Part shown: positions 53,801-64,000 of the stretch, in pieces | How positions within the stretch are numbered: position 1 is the stretch's first letter | Layout: every line of letters starts with the position of its first letter | Assembly (NCBI GenBank): GCA_951406725.2 | Contig: OX597814.1 | Coordinates: forward strand, 51,894,001 to 51,958,000 | Length of the DNA: 64,000 bases | Direction of reading: 5' to 3' | Origin: Octopus vulgaris | Lineage: Eukaryota | Notes under the pieces: generated by a model | The model's database searches: none | Told to the model about the DNA's origin: nothing | Seen by the model: the letters and a program-made list of their open reading frames with translations, nothing else | Made by a program: the position numbers and the translations under genes

Positions 53801-55189
53801 AACAGAAAAGAAAAGCGATCTTCTGCTATTGTTAGAGATCAATATTATTTTATTTTAATATTACCAGTGGTAGCAGCAACTACAATAATTTGATCATTGA
53901 TCTGCTCAAACTGAGTTGACTGGAATTAAATAACAACAGAGATTGCTAACAGTGACACACAGCCAGAAACTCCGTGGAGAGCAGAGTTGTTTAAAAGCAC
54001 CTCTAGTACTGAATTGGCTCATATTTTATTGACACTAGAAAAATACAATGATAAAATTTAAAGACATATTTTTATTTTAAGATTCACTTAGTCATCAGCC
54101 CATTGCACTCCTGAACTGCACTTAATAATACCATGTGCACTAGTGGCACCAGTGTTAGTATTGTATAAGGTAGCAGATCAATACAGCTCAGAAACAGGGC
54201 AAGCACTAATTTTAGAACTAGACAGACAACATTCAAACTAATGTTAAATATTTTGTAGAAAATTCTTTCAGATTCTTGAGCTATATGGATTATTGTTTTT
54301 TGTTGTTCTTTTATTTCATTTTAGTGATGGGGAGGTGCTCTGGCATCTAAATGGTTCTGTCCATATACCAACGTTGCAGTGTTTCTGGAAAAAAATAATT
54401 CCAAATAGCTAAAGTCCATCTGACAGTAAACATTTACCACAAAAGAACAGCTCATCATTGCAGTTTGAAAAAAGAAGAAAAAAAAAAGAAAAGCTTTGCG
54501 TATCAAATCAACCTTTTATTAGCATGAAATATCATGTGTTAATATTTCAAATTCTTTGAACTATTTATCTCATGCTAACTACCACAGTATAGCTTGTTCT
54601 AATAGAACACCCACCTTTAAATGAGGATAAATATTACCTCTCAGTATTAATACTGCCTCTGTTGCTAATATATATTCTTTGATATTTTATTCTATCGTCT
54701 CTTTCAGTTTGTTTAACTTCAATTTTTCCTGACACTAGAAACCTCATTTACCTGATACAGAAAACTTGGCAAAGCCTTCTGATTAGAGATTAGAAGAAAT
54801 GATAGAAGTAGTTTAGTATATAAATACAGCTTTAAAATATTCCAGGTTCTCACAAAGCCAATGAAGGAAGCTTCTATCTGGTTAATTTACAAAAAAGAGT
54901 AGCCAAAGCTTCCTCATATCACCTTCAACTTCAAAATGAAAGAATGCTTTAGATTATTGTCCTGTTAATTTCAATGTTTGACCAGCACAACTATCTAATC
55001 ATTGAGTTATCATATAAAGTAGAAAAGTATTCCACAGACAAATTTACCGTTAATGCAAGTGGAATTTATGTGACAATATGACAAAGCTAAAACTTGGAAT
55101 TACAGGTACAGCCCATCCAATAGACTTCTATAATTCCCCTCTCTCTCTTTTGGAGAGGCACAAGCACCTACACGCACATATACACACAC

Positions 55190-55340
55190 GGCAGTAACTT
55201 CCGCCTGCCGAATTCAATCACAAAGCTTCGGTCGGCTCAGGGCTATAGCGGAAAATACCTACCCAAAGTGCCACGCAGTGGGACTGAACCCGAAACCATG
55301 TAGCTAGGAAGCAAGCTCCCTAACCACACAGCCATGCCCG
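55190..55340 (-). mobile_element. tRNA-derived CORE-type SINE
   Basis: Reverse complement ggcatggctgtgtggttagg...tcgggttcagtcccactgcgtggcactttgggtagg; CpGs retained, so probably young. Confidence 0.8.
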
Positions 55341-55595
55341 AAAATACATTGAATAAATTATGTCTGTAAGAAAAACATATAGGATGGTGATAGTGGGAAA
55401 GCCCTTGATCAAGATTGACAAGGGACTAACAGTATGACTGTGCCTATAAAATATTGAACACCCAGTACATAGATACCAGATCCATTTCCACAGCAAGAGC
55501 CTCATTGCATATTTGAGTAATACACTTAAATCTCTGTTTCTCAGCTCACCTAGCTGTTAGCCATGAGTACCAATCATCTAAGAATATCACTTCAA

Positions 55596-56175
55596 CATCA
55601 TCATCGTTTGATGTCCGCTTTCCATGCTAGCATGGGTTGGACGATTTGACTGAAGACTGGTGAACCAGATGGCTGCATCAGGCTCCAATCTGATCTGGCA
55701 GAGTTTCTACAGCTGGATGCCCTTCCTAACACCAACCACTCAGAGAGTGTAGTGGGTGCTTTTACGTGCCACTGGCATGAGGGCCAGTCTGGCGGTACTG
55801 GCAATGGCCACTGCACATGAGTCAGTCCAGTGGCACAGATAACGACCTCGCTTGAAAGTTTTGTTCATATGCCACCAGCACAAGTGCCAATAGGGCAACG
55901 CAGGTAATGCTCACACTCAAATGGTGCTTTTTACATGCCACCGGCATGGAAGCCAGACAGCTGCTCTGGCACTGATCCCACTTGGATGGAGCTGTTAGTG
56001 CTCCACTGGCACAGGTACCAGTCATTGAATTTGGTTCAGTTTCGATTTCACTTACCCCAACAGGTCTTCGCAAGCAGAGTTTAGTGTCCAATGAAGGAAG
56101 ATTGGCATTGGTGCCCATCAAATTTGGTTTGATTTTAAATTCAATTTCGATTTCACTTGCCTCAACAGGTCTTCG
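55596..56175 (-). mobile_element. RTE 3' UTR fragment
   Basis: catcatcatcgtttgatgtccgctttccatgctagcatgggttgga tail, subrepeats and duplicated tttcgatttcactt..caacaggtcttcgc. Confidence 0.85.
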
Positions 56176-58035
56176 CCTTGTGGGAGAAAATTTTGTGTGT
56201 TTATATTTTGTTGCATGGCTAGACTGTGAGCACTTTGTGATGATGTGAAGTATTGTTTAGAACTGCCATGAAACTGGAGCTAAGCACTGGCCCTCAGAAG
56301 CACCCTGGAGTTAAGTAGACATCTTTTTACATTACTCAATACACAAATTTCATTAGTTTTGTAAAGGATATATGGTAAAATGTAAATATATATTGTACTC
56401 CATTCTGATAAAGCTTGAGGTTAGCAAGCAGGTATAAAGAGAACAATACTAGATTAAATATTTTAGAGAACTTAGTTCTAAACCTCTACTCTGCATTCCA
56501 TTAGCACTTCTGAGGTCTAAAATATGTAACAGTAATATACCAGGTGTTAATTATATTAATTGTAACACTATCAAAACAAGCCAAGCTGACAAAATATGTA
56601 GTACACAAATCCTCCACTTGATTAGAATGAAGTTCAAAACTCCATAACAAATCAAAAGAAATACAAAAAATACCTCTTCCATCATTACATAATGCATATA
56701 AACTTGATCCACTAACTGCCCACACAACAAAACTATTGTTACAGCAAGATCCAACTCACTATCCTCGTCACTCCTTGTACAATCAACCCCAGATAGACAC
56801 ATCTGTACCACTCCAGAACACTACTATAAGATCATACCAAAAACACTATTTCTTCAATTCATTCTAGACAAACATTAAAGCCACACATAAAAATAAAAGC
56901 AATGTCTTTAACCTCATTAATTCTCAACAGAGTTGAAAGAAACACCACAAGCAATGATGCAGAAGAGCATAACTGTCGCATAACAACAAAGTGCACACTG
57001 CCCAACTCCACTATGGTTACCACTTAAATTGCATACAAGAGTATCTCTTGAACATTTGGTTAGCAATGTTACAACCTCCATGCAATGTCAGATGGAAGAA
57101 ATTAACTGTTACAATGCATAAAAACCCAAATATTCACATGAGGTGTGAAAATACTGAAGTATTCCAAGCATATAACACTATGCTGTATAACACTACATGT
57201 CTACAGAACACATACAATTGTAATACACTAAGCTTTCAAATGTGGAAAACATTACAATGTTTGGAGTCAGTAGCACCTTAAATGTTCAATTTATACCTAT
57301 AACCTAAGTCAACTTCAATGACAACAACAGTAGCCTTGATTAATTAACATTTTTTCTTTGTTGTTAGATTACACTGCTATCTTCTAATTAGCAAGAGGAG
57401 GATCTGTGTGCCACATATTTTGCCAGCTTGTGTTAATAATGGTTTATTTTGATAGTGCTACAATTAATAGAATTAATAAAAGATGAAGTTAAAACCAACT
57501 CCAAAGTTTTGCAGATGGTTTTTTGAATATTCTATGAGATGGTTCATCAAAAGTTGTTTATGGTTTGAGGAGGATTCTTTTCACAAGACTTTATGAAAAT
57601 AATTTTTTTAATGCTTTGGTTTGGCAGAAAGGTCTGTACTTATGACCTTCACAATGTCCTCAGAGCAATGAATTCAATTTGGTTGTTGTTCTTAAACAAC
57701 TACAAATGGATTGTTGCATGAAAAATATAAAAAGAAGTTGAATTCTAGAGAAAAGTCATTCTGGTGAAGAAGAACTAGGAATTTGAATAAACTCTATACA
57801 TTGGACTGTTATAGCAAGAATAAAAGGATTATTTGACAAGCCAATAAGGGAGTCTGTGTGATTGCACAACATGCTAGAAATAACAACCAAATCTCCCTTA
57901 AATTACACCCAACTGTCTTAAAAAAGAATGACATAGTAGAGGATCACAACTGACTCAGAGCTAAACTACTACAAGGGATAGAATGAAAACCCAAAAGTAA
58001 AGACTCCATGATACTCAACATCAAGAGGCACTACA

Positions 58036-58262
58036 TCATCATCATCATCACCATCATTATTTAACATCCATTTTCTATGCTGGCATGGGTTGGACAGCTT
58101 GACAGGAACTGTTAAGGCTAGGGACCACACCAGACTCCGTTGTCCATTTTGGCATGGTTTCTACAGCTAAATGTCCTTCCTAATGCCAACCACTTTACAG
58201 AGTGTACTTGGTGCTTTTTACATGGCACCAGTACTGACAGGGTCACCAGGTAACTTGCAAGA
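58036..58262 (-). mobile_element. RTE 3' end fragment
   Basis: (cat)n tail, gctggcatgggttgga, ccttcctaatgccaaccactttaca. Confidence 0.75.
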
Positions 58263-60410
58263 CAAAAGTCCTTCAGCTGGGAGGAGAGAGTAATAGTGGT
58301 GGTGTGTGTGGGGGGACATTGTGCCAGTTGATGAGAGATTAAAGCTGTAGAAGGTCAGGGGTAGCCATGATGTAGTAGAGTAGATATATGAATATTCCAG
58401 TTGATAGAGAAAGGAGGGTGAGTGAGAGAGAAAGAGTAAGAAAGCAAATGAGTCAATGAGTAAGATAAAGAAAGCAATAGTGAGAGAGATGGTGAAGATG
58501 CATTGGAATGTGTCCTCAAGGAATATTGGGGCGGTGTGTGAGAATTAGTAAGGTGATCCAGAAGTTTGGACTGGGTGGGTGGGCAGGATAGAAGTGACTG
58601 AGGCAAATGATAGAGTGAAATAAAAATATTATTAAGCTTAACTTCAATGAAGGAACACATTTTGTTTTTACTTTATTTCACCTACCAATATTTTTAGCAA
58701 GTTAACATTGATTAAATCATAAAAAAATAGTAATAAAAGAAATAAACTTTTAGCAATTAGTTTGCAAGGTTAAAAGAAAATGGGATAAAGAAAGACTATG
58801 TTTATTGATTATAACTTTGGGCTACAAATTGTAAGAAACATGTAAAATGGTCTGTCACAGAACACACAGCAGCTTTGCAAGGGTGAGGAAAGATCATGTT
58901 GAGTGATTGGGCTGGAAAGGATAGTGAGTAACTCGAAACCTTGAGTTGTCAAGGCAGATTGATATAATGATAATTCTATAGGGAAATAATCTGTGTAAAA
59001 ATAAATTAAATAAATATATAAGAAGCAATATATATAAAGATCAATATGCACAACTTTGATAAATATTGCAAAAGGAATAATTTATCTTTGTAATTTTATG
59101 AATTTTTGTAGAGAGTGAGTCAGAAATTACCTTGTGCACTAATTAGAAGAATGACATCTAATGATTATATTTTTTAATGGAGAGAGATGGGGTGGGGACA
59201 GAGGTTACATAGAGCATAATCAGGGTTATTTGCAATGTTATAAGTATTCATGGCATTTAATTGCTTTTTAATGTTAAGAGAAGATGGACAATGATCATAA
59301 ATTTTGCAGGTTTCATTAGACTGATAAAGTTGACAACTGGCAGCCCTAAACAGATTCAAAACAAAAACAATTTTAGAACTATTTCTGAAAGAATGAGAGA
59401 CAACTCCAAGTATGTTTTGGTCTTATGACAATACCATCAGTGAAGTGTAGGCGTCACTATACTTGCTGAAGCAATAATGGATGTATCACTAAACAAATGA
59501 ACAATAATGCCTAATGGTAGGTATAAATACAAGGATTGTTCAAAGACTAAATTACTCTCAGATACCATCCATATGAAAAACAATAGCTAAGCCAGTGTTG
59601 ACATATTTAATTTAGGGAGTATGATTAAAGCTAAAATGAAGTAGAGAGAGAAGTAGGGAGGAGAGACAAAGAGAGAGAGAAACAGACAGACAGAAAATAG
59701 GATAGAGATAGCTGAGTAAAGAGAGAAAAAGCAGAAAGAGAATGAGAACACAATAAAGTGAGAAAGCAAAGTAAAGAAAGGGAAAAAGAGAGAGTAAGTA
59801 GGTAAAAAGGGAGAAAGAAAGGTTGGCATAAAAGAAACAAGATAGAGAAAAAAAAAAAGGAAGAAATGATGAAGAAATTGAAATTGGATTCTAGAAGCAT
59901 TAAATAGTGTTAATTTTTTTGTTGCTAATTAATTGGCTCTATTTGACATATTGAAATTCTCCAATTTTGGCTTTAAAACTGACAGTAAATACTCTTTAGT
60001 CTCAGACTTCCTTTGAGAAATAATTTTCTTGGCAGTTCAGTATTAATCATCATTAGCTTTAGGAAAATGTGGCAGTTTTGTATTAGTTTGACAGTAATTT
60101 CTTGGCTCTTGGAAGTCAAATTTACCTCTGTTTTCCCCTTTAACACATCCCATCAAAACAATTTTAAAAGCTGATTGAATGATGTCCAAGCCAATCATTG
60201 AAAACACTTCCCACAAGCCTCCACATTGTGGTTTACTAACTAGAAATAACAGTCAAATCCCACACAAACTACACTTGACCAGTCTGAAGCAGTGAACTGG
60301 TGGAGTTGTAAGAGCATCAGATAAGCTACCTTGTTTCATCTCTTTGCATTTTGAATTCTTGGGATGTAGACTTAATTTGTCACCCAGTTTAACACCACCA
60401 TTTATTTGGT

Positions 60411-62047
60411 CCCTTTCGTTACTATATTTCTGACCAAAATACACCCCTCATGAGTTTCAATTAAATTCTAAAATAATCATGAATTTAGGCTTGTTTCATT
60501 AAATAACTGTAACTTTTTTACTTATCAACATTTTAATGTGATATTTGGAACATAATTAAAGGAAGGGTTCTTAATCAATTCTATTGCATAACTTTTGACT
60601 CAAAGTGACTTTAATTACAGGTAAATCCAGGTAAATTGAGCAAAAGGTAAAAATATTAAAATTTTAAATTGAGCAAAAGGTAAAAAATAAAAATTTTGTT
60701 TAAACATCACTATAGAAAATGAATCATCAGCTAATATTCAAATGGGTATGCAACAAAATTTTGATAAAGAAGAATTGTGCACATCAGTTGAATTTAATGC
60801 ACAACAGGTGTACCATAAAGGTGGAATAAATTGAAATATTGGAATCCACCGTAAGTTTGACCGAACTAAAGAAATCGGTCAAAAAATAATATACGGCCCT
60901 GGTTATGGTATGGAAGTGATAAATTCCAGACCACATCGTTCCCTAGGCCATGCTGACTAATATTATTTTCCCTGTATAAAAACTAAATCCACAACAGTAC
61001 CCAGTAATTTGCTTCACAAATTTCCCAAACTTTGAACCCCGATTTTGGGTTTGTTTACAATCTGCGTAAGTTTGTTTCCACATTGATCGCTTCAAACAAT
61101 AACTTCCAGACCACATCGTACCCTAAGCCATGCTGACTAACATTAGTTTCCCTGTATAAAAACTAAATCCACAACAGTACCCAGTAATTTGCTTCACAAA
61201 TTTCCCAAACTTTGAACCCCGATTTTGGGTTTGTTTACAATCTGCGTAAGTGCGTTTCCACATTGATCGCTTCAAACAATAACTTCCAGACCACATCGTA
61301 CCCTAAGCCATGCTGACTAACATTAGTTTCCCTGTATAAAAACTAAATCCACAACAGTACCCAGTAATTTGCTTCACAAATTTCCCAAACTTTGAACCCC
61401 GATTTTGGGTTTGTTTACAATCTGCGTAAGTGCGTTTCCGCATTGATCGCTTCAAACTAGCATACTGAAAAAAATAAAAGTCTAATGGTTTCACTTCCTA
61501 AGAAAGGCTATAGATAAACTTTATCTCCTCAGAAAAATTGCTAATAAAAACATTTAAAAAGTTTTTTTACTTCATTCCGATGTAAAATCGTCTTCGCTGT
61601 CGCCTTCGCCGCTTTGTTTCTTCGGAAGGCGCTGCTTTCATTTTCGGATAAAAAAATATTCATTATTTTGTACACCACGTGCTTTAGTACCTATTTCATT
61701 CTTTTTCTCGATATCCCCTATTTTCCGTTGACAAAGCTTTAAATTCGGAATCAATGCTTGATAACATGAAACTCCTATCCATTTTCAAAGTTGAAGAAAA
61801 ATCGATGCCGTAAAACATGTGGAAAAAAATCTCCCAAAATTCACTGAGTTGAGATATCACTTCAAGCAATGTCGGATACTATAACTTAACTATTTACAAT
61901 GTGAAATCACATGCTTTAACGAATGTACCAACGAGATTTGGGTTCAAATTTACATTTAAATAACAATGGGTTCTAACGGCCGGGTATGGCCGGGTTGGTA
62001 CTTTGAACCAAAAAATTGTTCGCCGGCTGCCGGGTTAGTAACGAAAG
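60411..62047 (-). mobile_element. About 1.6-kb non-autonomous piggyBac-like element related to the TTAA MITEs
   Basis: Perfect 12-bp inverted ends ctttcgttacta / tagtaacgaaag, followed by TTAA at the right end. Left about 90 bp resembles MITE 37325-37541. Higher CpG content than flanks. Strand assigned from putative transposase remnants. Confidence 0.7.
60924..61457. repeat. 180-bp tandem repeat, about 3 near-identical copies
   Basis: Units start ttccagaccacatcg at 60924, 61104 and 61284; only a few substitutions between units. Confidence 0.97.
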
Positions 62048-62934
62048 TTAATTCATTCTGTTGAAAGTATTAAGGCCAGGCCACTGATCTAAGAGTAACT
62101 TCCACCCATCTTCTACTGGTCTTAAAAACTCTAGATAAAAATAAAGTCATGGGTGCAGCCATTTCTTCCTGGAGTTAAACCAAAGAATTTTATAACCAAA
62201 TCACTGCAAAATTGATAGAAAGATACCAATTGTATCACTACTACTACTACTACAACTATTACCACTACTTAAATATTGGTAAAAGAATTACAAGAAGAAA
62301 GTATGATTTGGGAATCGAAAAAAAGCATTGGATCTTGATTCGCAACTGAAGGACTGAAAAAGTTATCTTGTTATAAAATTAGTGATTTGAGTGAGGAAAT
62401 GTTTTTATAGTAGTGGTATGCAGAAAATTAGCAAGGTATCCACAGTGGTTCCTCATCAATTCATTGTGTATAATTATATCACAGTGAATACATTATGTGT
62501 AATTTCATCACTTGGTAATTTCATTGCAAGGTAATTACATTACATGCTAATACATCATCATACTTTTATCTACAGAGTAAATACTTTGTAAGACATTATT
62601 TCAAGTTTTTATTCACAGAATAAATATGCCACATTTCATTAACAATAAAATAGAAATCCAAAAATAAAGAAATTCCATCCAACATACAAGAAATTTTTAG
62701 AAATCTTGATAAAGAGATAAGCAAACAATATATCGTAGGTGCAGAAATTTTGCATTGTAAAGAGAAATATAAAGAGAGTATTCCATGGATTCATTACATC
62801 ATCAGTGAATATCAAAATCACAAAATACTGGGTTAAGAGGAATTACTTTGTCTGTTTAGAACACTTCATCCTTCCTCTAATTAAATTTTACTGCATTCAA
62901 TTTGTTTTGTTTTTTTTAGGTGAAGGTGCAGTTT

Positions 62935-63506
62935 GATGCTGGTGCCATGTAAAAAAGCACCCAGGTCATTCTGTAAGGTGGTTGACATTAGGAAGAGCAT
63001 TCAACTGTAAAAACTATGCCAAAACAGACCTCACAATCGCTGATGCCATGTAAAAAGCATTTAGTCCACCTTGTAAGGTGGGTTAGTATTAGGAAGGGCA
63101 TCCAGCCATAGAAACCATGCCAAAACAGACAGTGAAGTCTGGTGCAGCCTTCTGGCTTGCCAGCTCCTGTCAAACCATCCAACCCATGCCAGTATCTAAA
63201 ATGGTTAAATGATGATGATAATGATGTCTGTAAAAAAGCACCCAGACCACTCTGTAAAGTGGTTGGCATTAGGAAGAGCATCTAGCTATAAAAACTATGT
63301 CAAACGAACCTCACCAATGTTGGTGTCATGTAAAAAAGCACTCAGTCTATTCTGTAAGGTGGTTGGCATTAGGAAAGTCATCCAACCATAAAACCCATGC
63401 CAAAACAGACAGTGAAACCTGGTGCAGTCTTCTGGCTTGCCAGCACCTGTCATTCCATCCAACCAATGTCAGCATGGAAAACAGATATTAAATAATGATG
63501 ATGATG
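62935..63506 (+). mobile_element. Tandem cluster of RTE 3' end fragments
   Basis: Four gtaaaaa(a)gca..ctgtaa(g)gtgg..ttaggaa units and two (gat)n tails at about 63215 and 63500. Confidence 0.8.
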
Positions 63507-63819
63507 AAAATGTATGACAATGAATTTACTGATGATGTATTAGCTCAAGGTGTAATAACCCAGCAATAAAATTATAAATGCTGTATTTACTACAATCAAT
63601 TTACTGTATACAGTTTACTGCTGGGTGGCTTTTAAGTTCGCTCCTGTGGAGGGCTCTTCATAAGGCCTTGGGCCCAACAATAACACTTCATGCACTGAGT
63701 ACATATTAAATTTTATTAAACTTGAACAATATTTTTCAAGCAATGAACAATTTTCATTAAAACAATTATATAATTTGTCAACTTGGAACTTATTGCAAAG
63801 CTGCATGATAAACAACAGT

Positions 63820-64000
63820 ACCACCACCATCGCCACCACATCTGCCATATACACCATTCAGACCTCTGACACTATCACCATCAATACCTTTGACTTCGCC
63901 ACTTTCCCCTACCACCACCACCACCATCACCTCTGTCTTTCACATTGCTTACTTTCACCATCATCCTTGACCACCTCAGCTACCACCACCACCACCATCA
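63820..64000. repeat. Degenerate (CAC)n tract
   Basis: accaccacc runs to the window end. Confidence 0.8.

Noticed and set aside
54340-54462. ATGATGA as a C/D snoRNA C box on the minus strand
   Set aside because: No D box (CTGA) or terminal stem at a suitable distance.
55550-55577. 28-nt minus-strand exon candidate (tcttag...AG|gtgagc)
   Set aside because: Phase-compatible, but the peptide DWYSWLTAR has no NCS similarity and the pyrimidine tract is poor.
59400-59445. Degenerate hammerhead-like CTGATGG...CCAAAAC on the minus strand
   Set aside because: Both core motifs are mutated and stems are unconvincing; at most an old relic.
60924-61457. Possible CRISPR-like array
   Set aside because: Whole 180-bp units are repeated with no unique spacers, in eukaryotic context.

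Overview
AT-rich, repeat-dense metazoan DNA. The SINE/LINE/MITE repertoire and microsatellite load suggest a coleoid cephalopod, probably Octopus (inference). The whole window appears to lie inside one minus-strand neuronal calcium sensor gene (NCS-1/frequenin-like). Four coding exons with canonical GT-AG ends join in frame (27297-27249, 21566-21477, 11232-11154, 948-782); none is in the supplied ORF track. The EF-4 exon lies left of the window and the N-terminal exons were not confidently found. The introns are filled with decayed mobile elements: RTE, CR1-type, Penelope, Gypsy and Hero-like RLE retroelements, two mariners, a maT-like element, a Helitron, piggyBac-type TTAA MITEs and tRNA-derived SINEs. 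Most ORF-track entries are spurious or TE relics. The most striking observation is an RNA motif at 49633-49744 and 30099-30224, in two repeats unrelated in sequence. Both carry all three hammerhead-ribozyme core motifs (NUC, GAAA, CUGAUGA) in a non-canonical order, with the same six-helix knotted architecture and the same linker lengths. This is a candidate new permuted, possibly dimer/trans-acting, hammerhead-like ribozyme carried by mobile elements; activity is untested.
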